The notes below the pieces were generated by a model, which was given only the letters and a program-made list of their open reading frames with translations, was not told where the DNA came from and did no database searches. Made by a program: the position numbers and the translations under genes. A stretch of DNA of 64,000 nt, from assembly GCF_009914755.1 (NCBI RefSeq), contig NC_060939.1; one strand, 5' to 3'. Shown piece by piece: positions 39,400 to 54,297 of the stretch; positions within the stretch are counted from its first letter, which is position 1; each line of letters opens with the position of its first letter. The DNA comes from the human T2T-CHM13v2.0 reference genome, Homo sapiens.

Positions 39400-40978
39400 A
39401 TTGGAGAAAGGAAAAGAGGGAATATCATCGCATTCTGGGTATTTCCTTTGAGAGTCTATATCCTGAGGAGTATCCCAACTCTTATTCCCTTGTAGTGCAT
39501 CTGTGGAGATAGGAAGAGTGGACAATAAGCTAGGGTCTGCCATCTATTCCTTCATTCATCTACTTAGCAAATATTTATCAGGTGCTTTCATATGTCATGA
39601 GCTGTGGTGGGCGTAGGAATGAGAGTGAGGAAAGAATAGCAGTAAACAAGTCATGAAAATGAATAAGATTCTACATAAACTTGTAGGTCTTTGTCCTGGA
39701 CAAGTCAGGAAGGCTCTCCCAAGATCAGTGAACTGTAATGCACTAATATACATGACTTTTTTTAGGAGATCCAACTGGAAATAGAGGAAAGGGATTCATG
39801 TTGTCTGCTAACATTCCAGGGTCCATAACTGAATGTCATTAGGGAGGAGCTGCCTAGGGGGAAAAGGCCCCCATCATTTTTACTTTCTACCCTTTCTTAG
39901 AAGATCTTCAATCCATAAAAGGATTGCAGAGACAGTTCCCTTTTTAGGTGCCTACGACTGTTATCAGTCATATGGAAACTCAATCATGGAAGGAAGGCAA
40001 ATCCTGCTAGATTTTCTGAGCAGAGTCATATTTATATCTGAAAGACTTAATGTTAAAAATATTTCCATGTAATAAACTTCTGACTTCTGATGAGGACCAG
40101 TAAAGCTACTGTTTATCCTATCAATTCTCTGAGCCATTTAAAAATATAAAACACCCAAATTTATATATCCAAATGAGTACTGAAAAAATATTTTCAGAGG
40201 CCCTGAAGACTTCAGAGAATTTCCCAATTTTTTTTTTGAGTAGTAACTGTATTGTTGGAATAAGAAGAATGCCTCCTTGCAGGATCATTTTAAATACTCC
40301 TCTGTATAATTACTTAAAAAGTGATTGACTTGATTTACACGTTAGAATGATATCTCATATAAAAGAATTCATTTCCCTCTATATCAGTACCTGCTTAATG
40401 ATCCAGTAGACAGTGGTTAGAATAAAACTTGGATGCTCAGCAATTTGAGGAAATCTGGAGAAACACAAAATCTACCCTGCTGCCATTTGCAGTTCACAAA
40501 AATCAAAAGGAAAGTGCGAAGAGAGAACGGGAGAAAAATGGGGAGAGGAGTAAAAGAGATGAAGACGAAGAAGCAGAAGCAGAAAAAAATGAAAAGGAAC
40601 ATATATTATTTTGGAAATCTCAACAGGTCACTATAAAAGTTATGAAGATAACTACAGAAGAAAAGTCTAGATATCAGTATGAAGAGATAAGATATCGATA
40701 TGAATAGATAATGCAGTAGGCACCCTTGAACTGGAACTGCTGACAATAGGATTTAGAATGACATCGTACTCATTGGGAAATTGCATTGCTTCTACTTACT
40801 TCATAAAATATATGCCTTTGGGGATTCTGGTTAACACAGTTTGGTTGATGATTATGTTGTTTTAACATCCTGTGGTGAAATCAATCTGGCAAAGTTGCCA
40901 CACTAAAGGACAGGTCCTAAGGGAAATTTACCAAAAGAAAGAAAGCTGTCTACTCTCTACTCATTTCTACCTGGTGGC

Positions 40979-41353
40979 TGTCTTAGTCTGGTTGGGCTGC
41001 TGTAACAGAATACCATGAACAGCATGGCTTATAAACACCAGAAATTCATTTCTCACAGTTCTAGAGGCTGAGAAGTCTAAGATCCAGGCACCAGCACAGT
41101 AAATGTCTAGTGAGAGTCCACATTCTGGTTAATAAATGGTGTATCTCGCTGTACTGTCACCAAACAGAAGAGACCAGGGGTCTGTCTCAGGCTTCTTTTA
41201 TGAAGGCACTAGTCCATTCATGAGGGCTCCATCCTCACAGCCTAATTGCCTGCAAAGGCCCCACCTCCTGCTACCATCACCTTGGGGATAGAATTCTAAC
41301 ATATAAAATTTAGTAGGGGGTGTTAGGTGGGTACAAATATTCAGACCATGACA
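40979..41353 (-). mobile_element. MLT1A-like solo LTR
   Basis: tgtcttagtctggttgggctgctgtaacagaatacca...attcagaccatgaca; TSD gtggc/gtggt. Confidence 0.88.
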
Positions 41354-41744
41354 GTGGTCCTATTGAGAACATGAGTGGAAACACTTCAAGAGCTTATCAT
41401 GTGTTAATATCGTTGAAATGCACTGAACATTCAACTAAATGATGCTTAATACTTATTATTAATTTTAAATATCATTATGGAGCTGATTACTAGGTTAGAT
41501 ATACTGAATAATGCAAAGATGAATAAGATATAAAACCTACTTCCAAGGATCTTATATTCTGGTATGTCAAATAAATATTTAGGTTTCCATAAAAGGGGAA
41601 AAAAATCAAAAGCTATGTTTCTATGATTATTAGATAGTCAGTGGGTCTTGGAGATTATTCTTCTTTTAATTTAAAATTTTGACTACGGCTTATAACTTAC
41701 CAATATGTGATTTACTAATATGACTTACTAACTCAAGCCCATAG

Positions 41745-42134
<390 letters not shown>

Positions 42135-44234
42135 TAAGGGATATTTTTTAAGCAATTCAATTTGACATTTTTTTTTTAGCCTTATCCATTAGGTACTAGT
42201 ACTAAATCAGGAATGTTAGTCATGCTAACCAGTGAATCATGAGATATTGGTGATAGGTATTTTGAAGGATTCTTGGGTGAAAATGTGCACCCAGATGATC
42301 TGAATTAGACCATGTAGCTATGGATCCTATTGTCCAGGAGGGTATCACCTACCTTTTTCTTTGGCTCAGGTTATGAACTCATGAGAGCTTTGATTCCTAG
42401 AAGCAGAGGGAAAAAACAAGCAACCCTTAAAAAGAATTAAAAGAGTTATTGAAGATGACTTCTTTATAGCTCTTTGAGATGGGAGAATGCATATTCACAA
42501 GTTGCTTGTAAATGCATTTTTAAACAGGTTAGAAAATCTGACATAAATAGCAGATCCCTAGTAATGCATCTATTCAGCGTTTTTGAACAATGGCATTTTC
42601 TTCAATATTAGTTTGGAATATCAAATACAAATGATATAGGTATGGGGCATTAATTCTGAACCCTGAACATTGTATAGTTCTAGTGATGAGAAAAATTATT
42701 AACTATATTCAGAAGGGGGAAATCTACGTAAACAAATTTCAAATAACGCACAGAAAAACACAAAAGTGTTATCAACAAAAGTTTAAAGAAAATAGTAAAA
42801 TAAAAAGCGCCTCCAAATAATCTGTCTCTGTTTTATTTTTTCTCTTTGCCTTTCTCCATTTCCTTAGAACAAGGTCCAGTGTGATTTAAACCCTGAGTAC
42901 ATTTCCTCTTGTTTTTGTAGGTTATAAACATAGATTAATACGGTATGTTTAGCAAATATAGCTGATTTTGGTTAATTATTTTATAGTTCTACTTTTTAAG
43001 GAGATTGTATTTTGTGGTAATTTCTGGTCTTTAAGAATATTGATTGAAGATGAGTCTTTATGAGGAAATCAATATTTCATTCATATGAAATGAATGGGAT
43101 TCAAACATAGGATATACCTGCGGATGGTCTATAGTAATTATCTCATTCGTGTATATTGAATTAATTAAGTCATAATAAAAACAAAAAAACAAAGCTCAAT
43201 CCAAATAAAGAATTGTCTACTTGATAAAGGAAATATAAGCTTTTATGTAAGTGGCTGTTCCTCAATTACGTAGATGAGTCCAAATCTGTTCTGTAACGCA
43301 GGAACTAGACAATGGAAAAGCATGTTTCTTTTCTTTTGTATTTGACATTTTGAGTTAATTAGCCCCACCTGGCTGAATTATAGCTAAATGAAAGGGAATT
43401 CTGAAAATTTTCTGTTAGTTTCATGTTTGAAGTAAACACCCTGAACCTTTTAAAAATGTTATGATTTTCTCTTAAAAGCTCACTAATATAACTACAACTA
43501 ATAAAAGCATAATGTATATTACTAGGTCTGAACTCTTGGCCATGGGTATCTGTGCATTTTAGAGATGGTGTCTGCACAAGTGTCATAAATGACCATTTTA
43601 TAGATAGATAATGTTCTTAATCCATAATTCTTTATTGCTGATGGTTATTGCATTAGATGATGACCCTTAGCTATTAAGAGTCAGTTTTTAATATCACAAC
43701 CATTTAGAAAGGTTAATGGACTTGGTTTTGCGACTTAACCTTTGGATGCTGCAGGTTGAGAGGTTATATTTGTGCACTACACTGCCAGAAAATATCTACT
43801 TATTTTCATTTATCTATGCACTTTGAGTAGTGTGGTTTTGTACAGTAACTGTTATTTACAAAGCAAAGGGAAAGAAACAGTGTGTCCACATAACAAGTTT
43901 CTAGAGCAGTGAGATTCTTCTAAAATATACATTTCATATTTGGCTTCTATTATTTTTCATTTAGACATAAGAATTGAAATGTGAACAGATGTAACCTAAA
44001 TCAGTTGAGGAATATTTATTATGGCTGCTTTAAAAAAATAGACCAAGATTATAATTCATAGTTTTCTTGGCTTGTTTGGAAAGTTCACATGCATTGTAAT
44101 GAGACACTGGTCATTTAGGAAAGACACAAATCCCTTACAGATGATACCTGTCTGCACTCTAGAGTTTTCCAAGGAATAAAAATAGGGTCTCTCTGGTTTC
44201 AGTTAATCCCATTTCAGAAATCTAATTACGGTTC

Positions 44235-44845
44235 CATGGTGGCTATTTGTCATTTATTTGGCCACCCATTATCCATTATTCTTCCAAATATCACCTTATT
44301 CTCTTTTATTCCATTCATTCATTTTGAATAGGTTTTAGGGGAGAAAAATTCCAGGCACTTCCCCTTTGTTATGGAAGCTAGAAGCTGAGTGTTTAAATAT
44401 AATGACCCCCAGTGAATCATGGCTTCTGTAACCATGCTGTTGTGGCTCCCCTGTACATTGACTCTGGGCTTGACTGTGTGACTTGTTTTGGCTGACGGGA
44501 CATAAGCAAACATGATGTGAGCAGAGGCTTGAAAAGAGCTTGCACATTGGGGGTGCCCTCTGTTGCTGGCTGCTTTTAGAACCCAGCTAACCATGTGAAA
44601 ATACCTAGGCCGTGAGGCATGATGAGAGATCCATAACCCAGTGGCTTTCCTGTATATCTAATCATCAGACATGGGAATGAGGCCATCCAGCCCTAGTCAG
44701 TCCTCTGCTGATCTACTGGTCTCCATTTCCCGTTATCTAACCTCTCATCAACTCTCCCAGCTTCTTGACAGTTTTTCAAGAAATAGCCTTTTACTAATTT
44801 AGGTAGAATTGGTCTCTTATGCAAGCAAGAACCCTAAATAATATA
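44235..44845 (+). mobile_element. MaLR LTR composite (MLT1E/F-like 44390-44710 within older MLT1J-like remnants)
   Basis: aatgacccccagtgaatca, gcagaggcttgaaaagagcttgcacattgggg, cagacatgggaatgaggccatcc; outer end atgcaagcaaagaaccctaaataata. Confidence 0.6.
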
Positions 44846-45381
44846 GATTCCTAAATTGAAAATGCAAAGGAATTACTTAAGAATAACACAAACCACCATG
44901 AACATGATTTGACTTCCCCCTTGTGTAAGCATGAGTGGATTATATGAAGATTGATTTAGTTTGGTTATCAAATATCCTTTGCCATGGAGTGATTGATGGA
45001 ACGTTATGAGCCAGAGGGTGATATCAACTTAGCGACCACTGGGTAGGGATCTGAGTTTCCATCTCTCATCGACTTATATGTATTTCATGAAGCTCAATCT
45101 AGAAGTTATGCAAAGAGCAGTGTCCTCAATTAAAGACTTCGTGTACTGTGCAGCATTCTCCTTTTACTTCTGTGTTCTCTTGTCCTTTTTTTGTGTTCAT
45201 TTTTTCCTCTCACCCCCATGTTTCTACCTTCTGTGCCCCACAGTGTCATGAGATTCTGCTCCTGAAAATTGCAACATCCCAAGTGCCTCCCAACGTTGTC
45301 TCTAAGGTTTCTGAATGCTGTTGCTTTCTTCTCACACCTCTGAGCTCATCACCTGCTTTGCGCTATTGAAAATTTCCCCTA

Positions 45382-45796
<415 letters not shown>

Positions 45797-46069
45797 TCAG
45801 GCAAAATACTAGCGAGACAACCCTTCACTTCAAAATAGTTCTGGTAACTTAGATTTAAAGAATCACCCAAATGAAACCAAAACTCAGAGTTTGAGGTTAT
45901 CCAAGTACCCAACCCCAGAGTCACAGCGTTTTTATTAGTATTAACTCATCACTGATACAATGTGTGAATTACCCTAAAAGATATTGTGCTTTTTATTTCA
46001 GCCATAGCTCTTTTCACAGGCTGAACTGCACAATAATTATTGGTAAATGTTTCTGTTTTCACCACTTGA

Positions 46070-46409
<340 letters not shown>

Positions 46410-47539
46410 ACTGCTTCAAATCTTTAGTTATAACCTGGTGTTGCTGGGCTGCCAACCTGTGGCATGCGTGGGTGTATGTATTTCATAATGAGAAGATCAT
46501 GGCTCTCAAAGACATCTATTGCCACAAAGAGGTAATCATGACACAGGGGATGTTCAGTCAATGTTCATTGACTTGAAGTTAAAGTAATTCTCCAAGATTG
46601 GAGAATTGCTCTTCATTCTGGAGCAAAGAAACCTACAGTTTGTGATAGCATATAACCACTTCTGTAGTAAAAGAAAAAGAGTGAATTTCCCTTTTGATAA
46701 ACAGACTTTCAGTCACAAGAGATGAGGGGCCATGAGATGACATAGAAGTGGGATATGAAATCTAAAGTCCAAGAGAAAAAGGGGCCTTGGAGGTTAAGTA
46801 ACATTTCCCTTTTTTTCCCCAGCATCACTCCACCAAAGCTATCACAATCTATTCCAAGAGTGTAAATTTGGTATTTTGTACATTAGAAGGTACATTCAAC
46901 TGACAATACTAGGAAATCCATTTTTACAACTTAACAATTTCTGTCAACTTTTAAAAAATGTTTTCAGTATCCATTTCCTGGGAGACTCATAAAGTTGTCT
47001 TTCCCGAGTGTTCTTGGTTTCTGCTGTTTGTTCATTCTTTAACTATTTTTTCCTTCCATTTCAAGGAAGACTGTGGCCATTTTCTCACCCTCTTTGGCTT
47101 TGGCTGTGATGTTAGGTGATTCAATATAATTAGGTGAGATGTTTATAGGCCCTCAAAGGCTAAGAAAATAATAAATGTGGCAGTTCAAATAATGGCAATC
47201 ATAGCAGGTCAAGCAAAAAAAAAAATCCTTTGGACTGGGATTGACAAACTCTAACGTTATCAGAGCTTGGAAATGCATCACATTTTCTTTTTCTCTCTCT
47301 TGTTTTTGGCTTTCTTGCTTGCTTTTCTGTATTGCATGGGGATATTTGCATTCTGTCTCACCTGTTGCTGATTTTTAAAAATTTTCAATGCACAGATTCT
47401 GCTTACTATGAAATACTCACATATTATTGCAAAATGAATCCTTGTCTTTGAGATTATATTCATTCTAGACTTTCAAAAATATATCCATTTCTGATTACTC
47501 TTTTATAAACCAAGTCATCACAAATTTCTTTGATATACT

Positions 47540-47760
47540 TTTTTCTTCTGATTTTAAAAGTAATATTAAATATTTATTGTAGAAAATTAGGAAACTACAG
47601 AAAAGCCCAAATAAGACAAAATTTTTTCTCATCCATTATTTATTTTCCTTGTGATAACACTGCTACCCTTTTGTTTTCTATCCTTCCAGTCTTTTTCTTA
47701 ATGACTAGATATATACATGTATATGACATTTATACAACTGGAATCATGCTTTTCTGAATA
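47540..47760 (-). mobile_element. Ancient L1ME-like 3' end
   Basis: ttgtagaaaattaggaaactacagaaaag...tatccttccagtcttttt. Confidence 0.55.
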
Positions 47761-48757
47761 AATAATATGAAATGCAAATTTCTTGACAATGAAAATAAGG
47801 ATTTACAACAATTCAAGTAGTAAGATTTCAAGAGTAATCCTTTTTATAATTAAAATGTGACAGAAATCCATGAAATTTTGATAGTGTGGATCGAAGAACA
47901 AATGCTCTTCAGGTATGAATAGCTCTCACAAATTTGATAGGTGGGAACTATAAAAAATGTAACTACAACATATATTAAAATAAGAAGTATTTCAGATGGC
48001 CCCATGAGGAATGTCCTACAGTGAATTTTGATATTTGGTTATTTTCCAGGTGGCTTTTGGGCTGCTCTTTTCTCAATCCTCTTCTAGCATTCTGTCCATC
48101 ACGAAACTCAGTTGTTACATACAACTGGTCGAAGTAAGCAGAAAAAAAAAAGCTCACATCATTTTCCTTTTATTTCTTTTTCCTTTTTTAAAAGCACAGT
48201 TTTATTCATTTTTCCCATCAACACTTGGAAATGTGGCTTCTGAAAGATAACGAGGCATGGTCCGTAGCATGCCATAACCTCTCTTTTTCTCCCCGCTCAC
48301 TGCTAACTCTTTTGTTTGTACAATATTCTTTTATTCTGAGCAATATAACGTTTTAGTTCTCATAATAAATGCCTTCATGTGAAGCAGTTCAGCTAAGAGA
48401 ATGTTATTAGACTGTGCTCCCAGGCAGCACACCTCCTCACGATCAATACAAAGCTGGGCCTCAGCTCATTCCCTCTTTGCTTAAATTCCCTGCAAATGTG
48501 CAAGAGAAGCAGCAGTGGGTGTCATCAATCACAGGCCACTGTGACATATGCTGAAACCTGACCAGGGCCGAGATGTTTTAATAAGGCATCCATTAAAACC
48601 CTCAAATAAATTGCAATTTGAAAACAGAACATAATACCAGCCAAGTTTTCCTCATCCATCTTGTGGCATGTCATGTAATGTAATTGCATTGTTAATTTAT
48701 CCAAGAACTTTCTCAGTACAGTGTTTTGTTGGCGCTGCTTAATTTCCCTGTAGACTA

Positions 48758-48759
<2 letters not shown>

Positions 48760-48800
<41 letters not shown>

Positions 48801-48807
48801 ATGTGTG
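48760..48807. repeat. (TG)17 plus degenerate extension
   Basis: Dinucleotide run. Confidence 0.95.
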
Positions 48808-51800
48808 AGACAGAGGGGGAAAAGAGAAAGAGTCTGTGTTTATTTCTGTATGTTTGTGTGTCCGTTTGTTCCTTGGAGGAAATAGTCATGTTCTGCTTAT
48901 CATGGCATTAGCCAGAGAGCTAGTCAGAAATTTGAAATGTTTGACATTTTATCGATGGCCCCTGAGCATCTCAATGTTGCCTCACCAAGCCTGGCCTACA
49001 GCAGGACCACCTCCTCTCCCTGCTCAACTTGCCATTGGTTTATGCCTCTCCAGAGTGGGATCACTCAGAGTGCCTGTGGATCCCATCAATAAATATTGAC
49101 AAAAGTGTTTAGGGGTCATTTAAGATCACCACATAATGACACTCAAAACAGGTCAGTACTGATTTTGGTTCCCTAGCTCTTGGGTCATATGTGAGAAGTT
49201 TTGACAAGGGTAAGAAAAGTCAGAAGTTATAAATCAATAGGAGAGAATGAAAAAGTATTTCTCTGGAATAATGGCAAAGTGATTAAATTGAAGAAAAAAA
49301 TATATATATTTAAAAGCTTGGTGGGAAGATACAGGCAGGCAAGGGCTCATATAGATTTTTTTGTCTTCTAAGCATAAATCTAAAAATAACTAATGCAATT
49401 CTTCATGTGGGGCTGCCTCAGCAGATTCTTCACCTTTATTTATTCTTCTGTGTTTTCTTGATCAATCTGTTCTCTTGTTTTCTATAGAAGAAGCCAATGG
49501 GAGGCAGAGGGTAAATCTACCCATACGTTCCATCTCTATCTAGGATGTCACAGTAACCATGATGCCAATTAAATATTGGTTTAAACCTGTCAAATGTATT
49601 TTCTAGGTCTACTCTTTTGAAATAATAGTCTGTTGAACGAATGGCAGAGGAGAGAAGACAGCATGACAAAAGAGAAAAATCTACCATAAATCTATTTGTG
49701 TTGCTACTATTTTATTAATTAAGAACAGAAATTATTATTTGGGATCTAGCAAAAAAAGACAATTAAATGCAAAGTGTACTAGTCAATAAATTAACAGCCA
49801 CTCTCTCGGTAGGTCCTTATATCTAAAATATGTTATAAATCGGCTGGAAGAACTTGGTGACATTCTAATGTGCCACCTGGATACAAACCATTCTTGTCTA
49901 AGGCTCCCACTTAACTCTATGCAAACTATTAGATGATCGCGGAGTATAAAAGGTGCCAGGGAAAGACAAATTAGTTTCTGCTTTCTGCTAATGGATGACC
50001 TTTGTGATTTGGATCAGGTGCTGAAATTCACTTAGTCGGAAAGGCAGGAGAGTGGGGGAAACTTCTAAAATAATTTTCTCTCCCTACAGAGAAGACGCCT
50101 GGCTACCACCTGCCCAATAAATGTCAATTGGTTTACTTTTAAAAAAATAAAGAGCCTGATTCAGAAGTATTAGAAGCTGGGTTGAGAGGTGCAACGGAGA
50201 AGGAGTGAATTCACCAAGAATATAAAGCCAAAAAAGACAAAACTAAAAACCATTGAAAATTAGATATAAGAATGGTTAGTGCTTTCCTAGGAGAGTTTTG
50301 TTAACATCTCTCTATTCTACATAGACTCTTGAAGATTTATTGAAATTTGAGCTGACTTAGGCTTAGTAGAAATCATGTTTGATTTCTTATCATTGAAAAT
50401 ATTTTGAGGTTTAGCTGAAATTTGTTTGGAATTGGGAGTGTAATACCCCAAGCAACATTCAAGGGATCAGAACCAACAGGAACTGGAATATACAAAAACA
50501 CTGTTTCTCTAGCTCCACGTGAGCCTGAGTTGCCAGCTTTCACATGTTTCTAATGTTAGCTCAAGCTTTCTGGCAGTCCCATTGTGAGCTCCATCTCCCA
50601 AGCATTCTCAGCTATTTTGGCATTTTTATGTTGGCCTTGCTTCTTTTTATTTCCTTGTCCAGAAATATAGTTATTTAAAAAACAGTATAATTATTATTGG
50701 ATGTGTGTGTTTTTTTTAAGTTTCAGCTTGAGATGAATTCTTTCTTGCATTGATATTTAGCTACTATCCTTGAAATGCATGGAAGGAATAGGACATTAAA
50801 GACAGAGGACATGGACCTTTAATTCCTCTTGTGTATTGCAAGGGCAAGAATGAAATGTCAGTTCCCAAGGTGATTATATAGTGAATGTTGGCAAGAATGA
50901 AATAATTGTGTCCTACCCAGGGTGTGAGAAATGTATACATGGGGAGATAAAATTGTAAGGGGACGGACAATATAGGGTGAGCACATGTAGAGCACAAAAT
51001 AATTCAATTGGGTGGATGACATAGGTCTTCGGCCTTTGTGGAAATCAGTGAACTGCTGTTTCTGTGTCTTTTTCAAAGCACAGGGACGTTGAAAGGACAA
51101 AGCCTTGACTCTCTGATCCACTGAGGCTGGCTCCAGTTAACCCTAGGATATTTTTAAGAAAGTTGATTTGTTTTCCTTTTGATCTGCTTTTTCTCTCAGC
51201 TTGCTTGAGCTGATTTACAATTCCTGCATCTATTGCTGCCTTTAGCTATGTGCACCATTATTCTGCCACCCTTTTTGTAATTAAATTCTGCTTGAAATGC
51301 TTATAGGCCTAACCTCCCTCCTTAACTTCAATCTGTGATCTCCTCTTTCTAAGTTAGTAAAATTGTATCATGCACACCATGAATAACCTTTCCTGGATGC
51401 TAAAATACCTGGGTTTTAATTCTATTTGAGTTTCATCTTTGTACAAAATTCCCTGCAAACTTGCATGTGAATTTAAAGCCTGATCCATAAAAATCTTCTA
51501 GCAATATGATTCTCATTTCAGAAGCCTGGCGAGATGAAGCCATGTGTTATGTTATAAACACCCCAACAAAAGAACTGTGATCTTATCATGTTATTTTTTT
51601 TTCCCAACGTAGTTTTGTAAATGTTGTTGATTCTGCCTCACCATTTGGAGTCTCTTGCATGTGTTACTCTTCCAAATTCTGGGGTTTAAACTTCCCTAGA
51701 GCCTCATAAGTTCTGGGTTTCTTAAAGCAATAGGTTACCCTCACCCCTACCCGACACTCTCCCCACTCTTCCAAAAACAATCCCCATACAAAGGTGCCAA

Positions 51801-52504
51801 TAAACTAACTCAGCCACATACAATGATATTGTCAAGAAAATCTCAGGAGAAAACCATTTAAATTTCATGGCATAAATCTGAGCTCTTGGCCAAACTTCCC
51901 CTAACAAGTGGAGAGCACAAGTCTCATGCTAATTCTCCACCAAACCTCCAGTTTTATGAAAGCTACATTTTATCTGTTTGGTTATTTGCAGTCACTCGAG
52001 AGTTGGAAAAGGAATATTAGCACTACTCACATTTTATTGTGAAAGTCGCAGTACTTGGTTGACCCCCTTTTCAGGCCCTATTGAATTTCCTATACAAAGG
52101 AAATGAAAATGTTTTATATTTAATACAGCAGCACATAACGAGAGGCTTAGTTATTACACAGAGAGCTACAATTTTCTGCTTTTGTTTCAGCTATTGCTGT
52201 AGAGCTGAAATTTCCAAGCACATTTTTTATGATTTGTTTATTGCTGGCTTTAGAGATGACACTGAGAGGGAATGCCACCTTTATGCTACCTACTCTACAG
52301 AAAGAGGCTTTCTGTTTCTTCTTATTTATCCTGCAAAAGCGTGGTCCAGCTTTTTACTGATGTCCCAGTTTCTTGCAGACAAATTTTAAAAATCCTAAAG
52401 AAAAAAGTAACCCAGCGGAAATCATAGAGTGAACATACAGCTAGCTGTTTCCTGAATTTACTCTCAGGTCCTCTGATATTACAATGGTCAAAGAGAGCTC
52501 CGGG

Positions 52505-52745
52505 CTCTTAGCATGTGCCAGTCACTGGGGCTAAATATGTTACCTTTATTATTTAATCATTACAACAATGACAGTTAAATAACACCTAGCTATTCTTGTT
52601 ATTGTTATTATTACCCTGTTTCTATAGATGAGAAAACTGAGGCTTAGAGAGATTCTCTAATTTGCCCAATGTTCCCTAGCTAATAAACAGGTGATCCAAC
52701 TTAGATTAGAACCAAATTCTGTCTGATTCTGGAACCTGCTCCTCC
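52505..52745 (-). mobile_element. MIR
   Basis: tatagatgagaaaactgaggcttagagagattctctaatttgcccaatg. Confidence 0.75.
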
Positions 52746-52829
52746 ACCTTTTTTTTGACAATAATAGTCATTACCACAATATTCTGTGTTAATTATTTTT
52801 CAGCGTACTTTTCTTGCTTCTTCTTTATT

Positions 52830-53290
52830 CTAAATTTAAATTTATTTTCTTTTTAAAAGTAGCGCAACAAACGCATATATACCCTTCAGCTAGATTCATC
52901 AATTTTGTTGTGTTTTCCTTTCTGTTTCTCTACACACACACATACACATACACATGTTCATATATACATATATGAGATATGTATTCACCTATGTGTGTCT
53001 GTATGTGTATTTATTTTTCAAATTATTTTCGCTAAGCCATCTAAAAGTAAGTTATAGCCTTTATAATGATATACCCCTGAAAATAAGAGGATTCTCACAT
53101 TTAACCACAATCCATTGCCATACCATACTATAAAAATAAGCATTCATTCATGTGGTCATCTAAGATACAGTCCATATGCAAATTTCCCAGGTGGCTCCCA
53201 AAATGACGTTCATAAGTTTTATTAATTTATTTTTGATTCAGGATCCATCCAGGAAAGAGCCTGCCCACTTGACTCTTCTACCTGTAGCCT
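52830..53290 (-). mobile_element. L1MC-like 3' UTR fragment
   Basis: atacccttcagctagattca, ataagaggattctcacatttaaccacaat, atacagtccatatgcaaatttccc, tcaggatcca. Confidence 0.6.
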
Positions 53291-53789
53291 CTCCAGAATA
53301 CTGGATGTAAAAGGAGATCTTCACGGGTTAAAAAAGTTAAGTAAAAACCTTGCGCCTATGTGAAGGTATTATATTGATTTACATAACACTGTAGAAGGTC
53401 TATACATGCTAAACCTCTTTTCATTGTGACATTCTTGGAGCCTGTTATTCTTTTACTTCAGCTATCTAAAGAATGGAATCGTGGAATAGTTCTGTGATTT
53501 TCTAAGCCATTCTACAGTTACTTAGTCTTGGAATTAGTAATGGCTATCGCATTCAGCCTGATTCTATCTTCCTGCTGCTGAAGTGAGTCTAAACTGGCCT
53601 CAGCAAATAGGTTCTTGAACAGGTATCTCCTGACACTGTAGAATTCAAAAAGCCATTTTTGAGGGAGGGAGAAGAAAAGGGGAGAGAAACAGGATTAAGA
53701 AACCAGAAACAGCAAAGAACTGGAGAGAGGATGTGAGGGCGAAGAGAAAGTGTTAGAATCTGCTTAAATTTATAATCCCAACAACATAG

Positions 53790-53995
53790 TAACAACAGCC
53801 AGAATATATTGGGTGCTTAGCATGCCTTATTAAATAATGAGGGTTTTCAATGTATCTTTTTCTGTTAATCCTTACAACAGTTTTCCAAAATAGGTAAATA
53901 TTACCCCCTCCCCATTTTATAAAAGAATTATTGAGTCTTATACAGGATAAGTATCCTGTCCATGGTTGCCTAGCAGCCGTGCTCAAACCCAAGCT
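53790..53995 (-). mobile_element. MIR
   Basis: ttaatccttacaacag...cccattttataaaag...ctcaaacccaag. Confidence 0.65.
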
Positions 53996-54297
53996 ATAGG
54001 AGGGAGGAAAGGAGTAGAGCTAAGGATGGTGAGTGGCCATCCTCTGCTCCTAGTGTGCCCCTTTCTTCCCACAAGTTATTAGTCACCATGCCAGTCGTCA
54101 AGGATCTTCTTTGTTCTCCATGTTCACTACCACTGCTTTGGTTTAAGCCAACTCCATCTCTAAGCGAGATGCCTGCAATATCTTTTCACAGATCTTTCTG
54201 CCACCAGCCTCTCCCTCTTCCAGTCTCTACACAGTGGTCTTTCTAAACACGCCACCCCCTTGTTTGAAATACCTGGATGATTGTCCATGACTTAGAC

